Shown in pieces: positions 39,068 through 48,060 of a stretch of 64,000 nucleotides of DNA. The position numbers and the translations under genes were made by a program. The stretch is from an uncultured Chloroflexia bacterium. Its GTDB lineage: Bacteria > Chloroflexota > Limnocylindria > Limnocylindrales > CSP1-4. The stretch covers positions 576,001-640,000 of the forward strand of contig CAWEZH010000003.1 of NCBI GenBank assembly GCA_963813535.1. Reading direction: 5' to 3'. The notes below the pieces were generated by a model. That model was given only the letters and a program-made list of their open reading frames with translations. It ran no database searches and had not been told where the DNA came from. Every line of letters begins with the position of its first letter. Within the stretch, counting starts at the first letter, position 1.

Positions 39068-40449
39068 CGCTCGACGCGGGTCCGTCTCCGGTCGATCCAT
39101 CTCCGGCGTTCCCCGCAGCCGTCCAGGAGCTGCTCGACGGGCTGTGGTCGGCCGGCCATGCCGCGTACGTCGTCGGCGGTTCGCTGCGCGACACGCTCGC
39201 CGGCCGCGTGCCGAAGGACTGGGACCTGGCCACGTCGGCGCTGCCCGAGGTGACCGCAGGTCTGTTCCCTGGCGCGGTCTACGAGAACGCGTTCGGCACG
39301 GTCGCGGTCCGCACCGCCGATCCCGAAGTCCAGGACGTCGAGATCACGACGTTCCGGTCCGACCACGACTACGCGGACTTCCGGCGTCCCCATCGGGTCG
39401 AGTTCAGCGACTCGATCGAGCTCGACCTCGCCCGGCGGGACTTCACCGTGAACGCCATCGCCTGGGGGGCCGAGCCGGGCGCCACGCCGCGGCTGGTCGA
39501 TCCGCACGGCGGGCGCGGCGACCTCGCGCGACGGACGCTCCGCGCGGTCGGCGACCCGGCGACGCGTTTCGGTGAGGACGCGCTCCGCATGCTTCGGGCC
39601 GCGCGGCTCTCGGCCACGCTCGACTTCACGATCGATCCGCCGACCTTCGAGGCGATGCGGGAGCAAGCGGAGCTCGTCCGACACCTCTCGGGCGAGAGGA
39701 TCGCTGCGGAGATGCGGCTGTTGCTGACGGCCGAGCGGCCATCGATCGGGCTCCGACCGCTTGCCGAGAGCGGACTGCTCGATCACATCGCGCCAGAGCT
39801 CGCATCGCAGCGAGGCGTTCCGCAGAACAAGGTCCCGGGCGAAGACCTTTGGGATCACACGGTCCGGTCGGTCGACGGCGCCGTGCTCGAACCGCCGCTG
39901 ATCCGGCTCGCGGCATTGCTCCACGACCTCGGCAAGCCATCCACGATGGCCGACGGACGGTTCGTCGGCCACGAGATCGTCGGCGCGGACATGGCCCGGG
40001 CACTGCTCGATCGCTGGCACTGGCCGACCGCGGAACGCGACCGGGTCGCCCGGCTCATCCGTCATCACATGTTCGGCTACGTGCCGAGCTGGTCGGACAC
40101 GGCCATCCGGCGGTTCATCGTGAAGGTGGGGACGGATGCCCTCGACGACCTGTTCCTCCTGCGCGAGGCGGACAACATCGGCTCGGGGCTGGCAGCCGAC
40201 GCCGGCGGTCTCGCCGAGTTCCGATCGCGCGTGGCGGGGCAGGTGGAGTCCGGGGCCGCCCTCGACCTGCGCGCCCTCGCCGTCGACGGCACCGACCTCA
40301 TGACCGAGTTCGGCTGGTCGCCCGGTCCGATCGTCGGCGAGACCCTGCAGCGGCTGCTCGATCGCGTCATCGGCGATCCGTCGCTCAACACCCGCGAACG
40401 CCTGCTGGCGGTCGCGCGGTCGATGGTCGCCGTCGAGCCCGGCTCGTGA
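39064..40449 (+). CDS. cca: CCA tRNA nucleotidyltransferase with HD domain; start approximate
   Basis: VGGSLRD...DWDLAT, DLARRDFTVNA, EDALRMLR, LLHDLGK. Confidence 0.88.
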   Translation: MTLDAGPSPVDPSPAFPAAVQELLDGLWSAGHAAYVVGGSLRDTLAGRVPKDWDLATSALPEVTAGLFPGAVYENAFGTVAVRTADPEVQDVEITTFRSDHDYADFRRPHRVEFSDSIELDLARRDFTVNAIAWGAEPGATPRLVDPHGGRGDLARRTLRAVGDPATRFGEDALRMLRAARLSATLDFTIDPPTFEAMREQAELVRHLSGERIAAEMRLLLTAERPSIGLRPLAESGLLDHIAPELASQRGVPQNKVPGEDLWDHTVRSVDGAVLEPPLIRLAALLHDLGKPSTMADGRFVGHEIVGADMARALLDRWHWPTAERDRVARLIRHHMFGYVPSWSDTAIRRFIVKVGTDALDDLFLLREADNIGSGLAADAGGLAEFRSRVAGQVESGAALDLRALAVDGTDLMTEFGWSPGPIVGETLQRLLDRVIGDPSLNTRERLLAVARSMVAVEPGS

Positions 40450-40859
40450 TCGAGCTGCTGCTCGAAGCCGAGCGGGCCATGTCGTTCGGTCGCCTCGACC
40501 GCGCCGAGGAGATCTATCGGCAGGTCGTCGCGTCCGACCCGCACAACTCGATCGCGGTCGTCGGACTGGCCCGAGTCGCGCTCGATCGCGGCGACGACCT
40601 GGCCTCCTATCGCCTCGCCCGCCAGGCCCTGGGCATCGACCCCGAGAACGACGCCGCGCGTCGGATGGCCGTCCGGCTCGAGGAGGTGCTCGCCACGCGC
40701 GGTCAGCCCGTGGACGACCCGATGCCGCAGGTGTCCGGAACACCTCCGCCGCCGTCGGCTCCGCCGGCTGCGCCGGATGCGCCGGCCCCAACACCTGCAG
40801 CCGCGGCACCCGTCCCGCCCCAGCGCCGGTCCATCATCGACCGACTGCGGCAACGCTAA
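40446..40859 (+). CDS. Tetratricopeptide repeat protein
   Basis: AEEIYRQVVASDPHNSIAVVGLARVAL...ARQALGIDPEN. Confidence 0.8.
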   Translation: MIELLLEAERAMSFGRLDRAEEIYRQVVASDPHNSIAVVGLARVALDRGDDLASYRLARQALGIDPENDAARRMAVRLEEVLATRGQPVDDPMPQVSGTPPPPSAPPAAPDAPAPTPAAAAPVPPQRRSIIDRLRQR

Positions 40860-40869
40860 GGTTCGCGGG

Positions 40870-41868
40870 ATGGCGCGGATCCTCGTGACCGGCGGGGCTG
40901 GGTACGTCGGGGCGGTCTCGGCCGAAGCGTTCCTGGCGGTGGGCCACGACGTCGTGGTGCTCGACGACCTCTCGACCGGGCATCGGGCGGCAGTCCCGGA
41001 TGGCGCGCGGCTGGTCGTCGGGGACTACACGGATCGGGCGACCGTCGCCACCGTGCTCGCAGAGGGGTCGATCGATGCGATCCTCCACTGCGCGGCGCTC
41101 TCGCTGGTCGGTGAGTCGCTCCAGGACCCGGCGCGGTACTTCGGGGACAACGTCGCGGGCGGGATCGCGATGCTCGATACGGCCCGGGCCGCAGGCGTCC
41201 AGCGCTTCGTGCTGTCCTCGACCGCCGCGGTCTACGGGGTACCCGACACCACGCCGGTCGACGAGGATGCCCCGCTGCGACCGATCAACCCGTACGGCGA
41301 GAGCAAGCGGACCTTCGAAGCCGTGCTCCAGTGGTACGGCCGGGCCTACGGCATGCGGAGCGTCTCGCTGCGGTACTTCAACGTGGCGGGTGCCACGGAG
41401 GCGATCGGCGAGGACCATGATCCCGAGACCCACCTCATCCCGGCCGTCCTCGCCGCCGCAGAGGCCGGACGTCCCGCGACGATCTTCGGCGGCGACTACC
41501 CGACCCGCGACGGGACGAACGTGCGCGACTACATCCACGTAGCTGACCTCGCGGACGCCCACCTCCGGGCGATCGAAGCGACGGCGCCCGGGGACGAGCG
41601 GATCGGCGATGGCCTCCTCGTGTGCAACCTCGGGAACGGCGGCGGCTTCACCAACCTCGAGGTCCTCGCGGCGGCCGAGACCGTCGTCGGGCGCCCGATC
41701 CCGCGTGAGGTCGGGCCTCGCAGACCAGGCGACCCGCCGACCCTGGTCGCCGCCGCGGACCGCGCGGCTGATGTCCTCGGCTGGCGACCACGACGACCCA
41801 GCCTCGACGAGATGGTCGGATCGGCGTGGGCCTGGCGCCGGTCGCACCCGGACGGCTACGCCGACTAG
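40870..41868 (+). CDS. galE: UDP-glucose 4-epimerase
   Basis: TGGAGYVG, SSTAAVYG, PYGESK, LRYFNVAGA, GEDHDPETHLIP, RDYIHV. Confidence 0.95.
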   Translation: MARILVTGGAGYVGAVSAEAFLAVGHDVVVLDDLSTGHRAAVPDGARLVVGDYTDRATVATVLAEGSIDAILHCAALSLVGESLQDPARYFGDNVAGGIAMLDTARAAGVQRFVLSSTAAVYGVPDTTPVDEDAPLRPINPYGESKRTFEAVLQWYGRAYGMRSVSLRYFNVAGATEAIGEDHDPETHLIPAVLAAAEAGRPATIFGGDYPTRDGTNVRDYIHVADLADAHLRAIEATAPGDERIGDGLLVCNLGNGGGFTNLEVLAAAETVVGRPIPREVGPRRPGDPPTLVAAADRAADVLGWRPRRPSLDEMVGSAWAWRRSHPDGYAD

Positions 41869-43244
41869 GTCTCCCGCGGCTCGATCGGTGCGCTGGCAGG
41901 GGCGAGTCGCTCTGGCGGCACGACCACGGCATCTGCCGCGAGCTCGTGACTACCCGACCAGTCGTCGCGCACCGGCCACACGAGCCACACTCCGATCAGC
42001 ATCGTGACCAGCAAGCTCAGGACCGCGACCTGGAACGCGCCGTTCCCGATCCGGTCGATGAGGAGGAACAGGATCAGCCCGTACAGCAGCGTGCCGATCA
42101 CCTGCGAGCCCTTCCCGACGAGGCCGTAGAGACCGAAGAACTCGCCGATCCTCTCGGGCGGCGACAGGCGGATCATGAGGACGCGGTCGGCGACCGTGAC
42201 GCCGCCAAGCCCCGATCCCAGGATCGCGCCGGCGACCAGGAACGGCGCCAGGCCGGCCGGCCCGAGGCCGATCGCGAACCCGCCGAGCAGGAGGCCGACA
42301 GCCCACGTCGCGAGCACGGTGATGAGCGTCCGCTTCGGACCGATCCGGTCGCAGAGCCAGCCCCACAGGAAGCTCATGGCGATCGCGACGATCGTCAGCC
42401 CCAGCAGGATCGTGTTGGCGTCGCGGACGGAGACGCCGAGCGCCTCGACCGTCACGACGCTCATCACCACGATCACCGTGTTGACCGCGTCGCTGTAGAA
42501 GAAGCGCCCGACGAGGAAACGCCCGAGTCCCGGGACAGCCCGAGCGTGCTCGATCGACGTCCGCAGTTGCCCGAAGGCGTCGACCACGTCGCGCGCCGTG
42601 ATGCGCGGCTCGTCCTTGGGCCGCGGCTCGCGGACCACCAGGAAGATCGGGATCGCGAATACGAGGAACAGCAATGCCGTGAGCCGGAAGCGGTCGGCGA
42701 CCGGGATGTCGAGCAGGAAGATGAGCAGTCCGACGACGACGGTCCCGCAGTAGCCGATGGCGGTGCCGATGCCGGACAGCCGGCCGCGCGACACCGGATA
42801 GGACACGGTCTTGAGCGTCGCGTCGTAATAGATGAGCGCGGCCTGGTACGAGAAGTTGGCGACGATGAAGAGCGCCAGTCCGATGAGCGGCGGCACGTTC
42901 GCGATGAAGAACGTCGCGACGATGCACTGCGCGGTGAAGAGGAGCAGGAACGGCATCCGTCGGCCGCCCCGGTCCGAGATGGCGCCGAGGATCGGCGACA
43001 CGAGCGCATTGATCCCGACGCTCAGCGCTACGGACACCGCCAGAAGGACGCCGCCGTCGCGACGGCCGAACTCGTCGTTCAGGTAGAGACCGATGGCCCC
43101 CGATACGACGGCGAAGCTGAAGATCGTGTTCGCGAAGTCGTACAGGGCCCACGAGGCCGGCACGATCGCGCGCCCACTCGGCGTCAGGGCCGCGAGGCCG
43201 CGGGCGCTGGGCGCTGGGCCGACGGACGGGGCGGCGCTGGCCAC
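41865..43244 (-). CDS. MFS transporter (UMF1/Atg22-like)
   Basis: SWALYDFANTIFS, SPILGAISD, YDA.L, GEFFGLY. Confidence 0.9.
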   Translation of the reverse strand: MASAAPSVGPAPSARGLAALTPSGRAIVPASWALYDFANTIFSFAVVSGAIGLYLNDEFGRRDGGVLLAVSVALSVGINALVSPILGAISDRGGRRMPFLLLFTAQCIVATFFIANVPPLIGLALFIVANFSYQAALIYYDATLKTVSYPVSRGRLSGIGTAIGYCGTVVVGLLIFLLDIPVADRFRLTALLFLVFAIPIFLVVREPRPKDEPRITARDVVDAFGQLRTSIEHARAVPGLGRFLVGRFFYSDAVNTVIVVMSVVTVEALGVSVRDANTILLGLTIVAIAMSFLWGWLCDRIGPKRTLITVLATWAVGLLLGGFAIGLGPAGLAPFLVAGAILGSGLGGVTVADRVLMIRLSPPERIGEFFGLYGLVGKGSQVIGTLLYGLILFLLIDRIGNGAFQVAVLSLLVTMLIGVWLVWPVRDDWSGSHELAADAVVVPPERLAPASAPIEPRET

Positions 43245-43286
43245 GGCCGGATGATACGCGTGGCCCGTCCCGCTACGATGCCAGCG

Positions 43287-43988
43287 ATGGACGGCACCGA
43301 CCCGCACGACCTGGCCAGGGGACTCCACCCGCAGGAGTTCGGCAAGACCCGCCTCATGTCGATCGACGATCCGCTGGTCGAACCGGCGTGGCCGGGGCTC
43401 CGCGTGATCGTTGCTGTCGGCGAAGGACGGGCGACCCTCTGGCTCGACGGCGAGCGCCTCGAGGAGCACGTATCCCTTGGCCCGGCACTCAGGGCCGCGA
43501 CGGTCGGCGTTGCTGGTGCCGACGCGATCTTCGATGGCTACCTCACCAAGACGAAGGCGACCGAGGGCATCGGGACCCAGATCGGGGTCTACGAGTACCC
43601 CTCGATCGGCAGCCAGGTGACGAGGTTCTTCATCGGCGGACGACGGGATCGCGCGGAGGAGATGCAGAAACGTCGCGAGGCGGAAGCCGAGGACGCGCGA
43701 TTCGACGAGACCGATGTCGTGAGCCTCATCGTCAACGACCTGCTCTGGCTCGACGGCACGTGGCTGCTCGACGTCCCGCTGCTCGAGCGCAAGCGCGTCC
43801 TCGAGTCGATCCTCCCGCCGGGCCGACTGGTCCGACCTGGGCTCTACGTGCGGATGCCGATCGACTCGTTGATCGGCTCCTGGCGGGCACAGGGCTTCCG
43901 GGGCATGGCCTTCAAGGCGGCCAATTCGCGCTACCGCCCGGGCGAGACGGCCGACGACTGGACCCTCGCCGACATGCCCCGCCGCTAA
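43287..43988 (+). CDS. Degenerate ATP-dependent DNA ligase adenylation-domain protein
   Basis: EPAWPGLR (motif I), FDGY, DLLWLDG...PLLERK..L, GMAFK..SRYRPG....W; no OB domain. Confidence 0.7.
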   Translation: MDGTDPHDLARGLHPQEFGKTRLMSIDDPLVEPAWPGLRVIVAVGEGRATLWLDGERLEEHVSLGPALRAATVGVAGADAIFDGYLTKTKATEGIGTQIGVYEYPSIGSQVTRFFIGGRRDRAEEMQKRREAEAEDARFDETDVVSLIVNDLLWLDGTWLLDVPLLERKRVLESILPPGRLVRPGLYVRMPIDSLIGSWRAQGFRGMAFKAANSRYRPGETADDWTLADMPRR

Positions 43989-44008
43989 AGGGGAGTGGCG
44001 GGCACTTC

Positions 44009-44129
44009 GGCGGGCGCCAGCCTCGGTCCATGGCGGCGTTGCATCCTCCGCGCGCTCGCTCACGCACCTCGAGGTGCGCTCGCTCACGTGCTCGGCTGCG
44101 CCTTGCCACGTCCCGCTCTGGCACCCGCT
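44009..44129. repeat. Long imperfect palindrome (REP/MITE-like)
   Basis: Arms 44009-44020 and 44118-44129; central perfect palindrome gcacctcgaggtgc; direct repeat gcgctcgctcacg at 44052 and 44076. Confidence 0.55.
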
Positions 44130-44189
44130 ACCAGTTCAGGGGGCCGGTGCACCAAGCGCGGGATCGTCGTGCGGTGTACGGTCTAGGGG

Positions 44190-45605
44190 ATGCCCTCAAC
44201 CGTGCTGACACCGACGGTCCGGGATCAGATCGCCCGCCTCGGCAAGGCCGACATCATGGTCGGCATCCCAAGCTTCAAGAACGCGGCGACGATCGGCTAC
44301 GTCGTGCGCGCCGCGCAGGCCGGCCTCGTCCAGTACTTCCCCGACCTCCGGCCCGTGGTGGTCAATTCGGACGCCGGCTCGCCCGACGGCACGGGTCGCG
44401 TCGTCATCGAGACCGAACCGCCCGACTACGTCGAGCAGATCCTGCTCACGCGGCCCAACCACAAGCTCGAGCGGGTCAGCCTGACCTACCCCGAGATCGA
44501 TGGGGTCGGTGGCAAGGGCGCCGCGCTGCGGACGATCTTCGAGATCGCCGCAGCGCTGGAGGTCCAGGCGCTCGTCGTCGTCAATTCCGACCTGCGCTCG
44601 ATCGTGCCCGAGTGGATCGAGTTGCTGTCCGGCCCGATCCTCAAGGGCGGCTACGACTTCGTCGCCCCGCTCTACGCGCGATACAAGTACGACGGCACGA
44701 TCACCAACACCGTCACGTATCCGTTGACGCGAGCACTGTACGGACATCGCATCCGCCAGCCGATCGGTGGCGACTTCGGGGTGAGCGGCGACCTCGTGCG
44801 CCACTACCTCACGCTCGATGACTGGACCGACGACGTCAGCAAGTTCGGCATCGACATCTGGATGACGACCTCGGCGCTGACCGGCGGGTTCGCCGTCTGC
44901 CAGACCCGGCTCGGCGCGAAGATCCACGACCCGAAGGACCCGGGCTCGGACCTCGGGCCGATGTTCCGCCAGGTCGTCGGCACGATCCTGCGCCTCGCCG
45001 TCCGGAACGCCGACGAGTGGTTGACGATCCGCGGGAGCCACAGCGTGCCGGCCTACGGCTTCGAGCGGATGATCGACCCGCCGCCGCTCGAGGTGAACAC
45101 GCTTCGTCTCCTCTCGGAGTTCCACGCCGGCTCGCTGACCCTGACCGAGATGTGGCGATCGATGCTGTCGCCCGAGTCGCTCGAGGCCGTGCTGGAGCTG
45201 GCGGCCGAGGCCGGCCGGCTGGGCGATGTCGCGCGGGCCCGACTGGGCATCGGGGGCGACGTGGCGTCGACGACGGCGACGACGCTCGAGATGGCCGAGG
45301 CGGCCAGCACGTTCCACTTCCCCGATGACCTGTGGGCCAAGGTCGTCTACGACCTCGTCGTGACGGCGCGCAACCCGAGCCATCCCCTCGAGAGCCTGGT
45401 CGCCGCCCTTGTGCCGATCTATTTCGGGCGGGTCGGCTCGTTCGTGATCGAGAACCGGCACATCACGACCGAGCAGGCGGAGGAGCGCGTCGAGCGCCAG
45501 GCGCGCGAATTCGAGCTGCTCAAGCCCTACCTCGCCCAGCGCTGGACGGCCGCGACCGACAGCGGCGACGGCTCTGCCACGACCGACGGCAAGGGCGGCG
45601 CATGA
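44190..45605 (+). CDS. Glucosylglycerate/mannosylglycerate synthase-like glycosyltransferase (Ggs/Mgs family)
   Basis: VGIPSFKNAATI, NSDAGSPDGT, GKGAA, YARYKYDGTITN, RQPIGGDF, FGIDIWMT. Confidence 0.8.
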   Translation: MPSTVLTPTVRDQIARLGKADIMVGIPSFKNAATIGYVVRAAQAGLVQYFPDLRPVVVNSDAGSPDGTGRVVIETEPPDYVEQILLTRPNHKLERVSLTYPEIDGVGGKGAALRTIFEIAAALEVQALVVVNSDLRSIVPEWIELLSGPILKGGYDFVAPLYARYKYDGTITNTVTYPLTRALYGHRIRQPIGGDFGVSGDLVRHYLTLDDWTDDVSKFGIDIWMTTSALTGGFAVCQTRLGAKIHDPKDPGSDLGPMFRQVVGTILRLAVRNADEWLTIRGSHSVPAYGFERMIDPPPLEVNTLRLLSEFHAGSLTLTEMWRSMLSPESLEAVLELAAEAGRLGDVARARLGIGGDVASTTATTLEMAEAASTFHFPDDLWAKVVYDLVVTARNPSHPLESLVAALVPIYFGRVGSFVIENRHITTEQAEERVERQAREFELLKPYLAQRWTAATDSGDGSATTDGKGGA

Positions 45606-47548
45606 GCCCCAGATCGCCGCTCCCTGCTCGCATCCTGATCCCGGTCGCCAACCCCGGCACGGCCGAGGAGCTGATCCGGCTCGGCGCCGCGATGCTCGAC
45701 CCACGGGCTGGTGAGCTGTCGGCGCTGGGCATCGTCGAAGTGCCGGAGGGGATGCCGTTGTCCGAGGGCGCGACCCGAGCGCGGCACGCGCGGCGGCTGC
45801 TCCAGAAGGTCCTCGACTACGCCCCCGACGGGACGCCGATCCATCCGATCGTCCGAATCGGGCGGCATGCCTCGGAAGGCATCATCGAGGCATCCGCCGA
45901 GCAGGAATCCGATCTCATCATCTTCGGCTGGGGCGGCAAGGCGCCGATCGGCAACGACGGTCGCAACGGTGGCCCGACGGTGTTCTCACCGACGATCGAC
46001 GAGGTCGTCCGCGAGTCGCCCTGCGATATCGCGGTCGTCAAGCAACGAGGGTCCCGGGACATCAAGCGCGTCCTGGTCCCCGTCCGCGGCGGACCGCATG
46101 CCGAGCTGGCGATGCGCTTCGCCGATGCCATCGCGACCTATCACGGCGGCACGGTCGTCGTGCTTCACCTCGTCCCGCCGGGCATCACCATGGCCGTCCG
46201 GGCGCAGGCGGAACGGGCGCTCGCCACGTTCATCAAGCAGCACCTCAAGGGCAAGGGCGAGGCGGTTCTTCGTGAGGCGCCCAACGTCCGGAACGCCATC
46301 CTGCGCGAGGCCGAGAAGGCCGACCTTGTCGTGATGGGCGCATCGGCAGTGCCGGGGGCCGACGGCGCGGACTCCTACCTGTTCGGCGCCCTGCCGGAGG
46401 CGATCGCGGCCCGCGCCAAGCCGTCCGTCGTGGTGGTCAAGACCCGCGAGGAGATCGGCGGCACGACGTTCGACACGCTGGCATCGAAGGCAGAGTCGCT
46501 CATCGCCGCCGACCGTGCGGCCGAGGAGGCGCGCGCCGTGCCGGCACGCGTCGAGCGCTGGTTCGGCGAATCGAACTTCCACCATGCCGAGTTCGCCGAC
46601 CTGCGACGGCTCGTCCAGCTCAAGGAGAAGCAGGGCGTGACGGTCTCGCTCGTCCTGCCCACGCTGGACGAGGAGGAGACCATCGGGCCGATCGTGCGCA
46701 AGGCGGTGCGCGAGATGATCGGACGCGTCCCGCTGCTGGACGAGATCCTCGTGATCGACTCGGCCTCGACCGACCGCACGCGCGAGATCGCCGAGGCGGA
46801 GGGAGCTCGGGTGATCCAGCACCCCGACGTCCTCGCGCGCTACGGCTCATTCCGCGGCAAGGGCGAGGCGCTCTGGAAGTCGTTGTTCGCGACGACCGGC
46901 GACATCGTCGTGTGGGCCGATACCGACGTCCGCCACTGGCACCACCGGATGGTCTACGGGACCCTTGGACCGCTCCTCCACGAGCCGCGTCTGCAGTACG
47001 TGAAGGGCTACTACCAGCGGCCGATCGTGCAGGAGGGCGTCCTCAAGGAGGGCGGTGGCGGTCGGGTCACGGAGCTCGTCGCCCGTCCGCTGATCAACCT
47101 GTTCTACCCGGAGCTCTCGGGGATGATCCAGCCGCTCGCGGGCGAGTACGCCGGCCGCCGCACGCTGCTCGAGTCGATCCCGTTCTTCACCGGCTACGCC
47201 GTCGAGATCGGCCACCTCATCGACGCCGCCGAGCGGGTCGGCATCGAGGGTCTCGGCCAGGTCGACCTGGAGCGACGCGTGCATCGCAACCAGGAGCTCG
47301 AGGGCCTGTCGCGGATGTCGTTCGTGATCCTGCAGGCCGTCATGAAGCGGCTCGAGGAGCGCCGCAAGGCGCGCCTGTTCGCGGAGCTCGGTTCGACGAT
47401 GAAGTTGCCGCGCTCCGGCAAGGGGCGACTGTCGCTGGAGGTCATCGAGCTGGCCGACCAGGAGCGCCCGCCGATGATCCGCATCCCGGAGTACCTCGAA
47501 CTGCGACGCCCTGCGGCCGAATCGATCCTCGACCCGTCGGTCCGGTGA
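45602..47548 (+). CDS. gpgS: Glucosyl-3-phosphoglycerate synthase with two N-terminal universal stress protein domains
   Basis: USP folds ILIPVANP...PCDIAVVK and VLVPVRGGPH...SVVVVK; then LPTLDEE, GKGEALWKS, GGGRVTEL, QPLAGEY, GYAVEIG, RVHRNQ. Confidence 0.88.
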   Translation: MSPRSPLPARILIPVANPGTAEELIRLGAAMLDPRAGELSALGIVEVPEGMPLSEGATRARHARRLLQKVLDYAPDGTPIHPIVRIGRHASEGIIEASAEQESDLIIFGWGGKAPIGNDGRNGGPTVFSPTIDEVVRESPCDIAVVKQRGSRDIKRVLVPVRGGPHAELAMRFADAIATYHGGTVVVLHLVPPGITMAVRAQAERALATFIKQHLKGKGEAVLREAPNVRNAILREAEKADLVVMGASAVPGADGADSYLFGALPEAIAARAKPSVVVVKTREEIGGTTFDTLASKAESLIAADRAAEEARAVPARVERWFGESNFHHAEFADLRRLVQLKEKQGVTVSLVLPTLDEEETIGPIVRKAVREMIGRVPLLDEILVIDSASTDRTREIAEAEGARVIQHPDVLARYGSFRGKGEALWKSLFATTGDIVVWADTDVRHWHHRMVYGTLGPLLHEPRLQYVKGYYQRPIVQEGVLKEGGGGRVTELVARPLINLFYPELSGMIQPLAGEYAGRRTLLESIPFFTGYAVEIGHLIDAAERVGIEGLGQVDLERRVHRNQELEGLSRMSFVILQAVMKRLEERRKARLFAELGSTMKLPRSGKGRLSLEVIELADQERPPMIRIPEYLELRRPAAESILDPSVR

Positions 47549-48060
47549 ACATCGAGGCACTCGATCCCGCGGCGTACGACGCCGCGATCGAGGGGCTCGG
47601 CGCCCTGCTCAGGGACGCGGTCGACGGCGGGGCCTCGGTCAACTTCCTGGCCGGCGCGACGCCCGGGGAGACGGCCGGCTGGTGGGCCGACCGGGCCAAC
47701 CTCGTGAAGGCAGGCACGATCACCGTATTCGTCGCCCGGGAGGACGGCCGTATCGTCGGCTCCACGCTGCTCGAGCGCTCGCGCAACCCGAACTCACCGC
47801 ATCGCGCCGAGATCGGCAAGGTCATCGTCCATCGGTCGATGCGGCGGCAGGGCCTCGGCCGAGCGCTGATGGAGGCCGCCGAGGAACGCGCCCGCGCCGA
47901 GGGCCGCTGGATGCTCATCCTGGACACGGTGACCGGGAGCGCGGCCGCGGCCCTGTACGAGTCCCTCGGCTGGCAGACGGTCGGCACGATCCCCGCCTAT
48001 GCGCTCGACACCGGGGGCGAGCCCGAGGCCGCCACCTATTACTACAAGGACCTGCGATGA
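47545..48060 (+). CDS. GNAT-family N-acetyltransferase
   Basis: VDGGASVNF, HRAEIGKVIVH...RRQGLGRALM, LDT, LYESLGW..GTIP. Confidence 0.9.
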   Translation: MNIEALDPAAYDAAIEGLGALLRDAVDGGASVNFLAGATPGETAGWWADRANLVKAGTITVFVAREDGRIVGSTLLERSRNPNSPHRAEIGKVIVHRSMRRQGLGRALMEAAEERARAEGRWMLILDTVTGSAAAALYESLGWQTVGTIPAYALDTGGEPEAATYYYKDLR

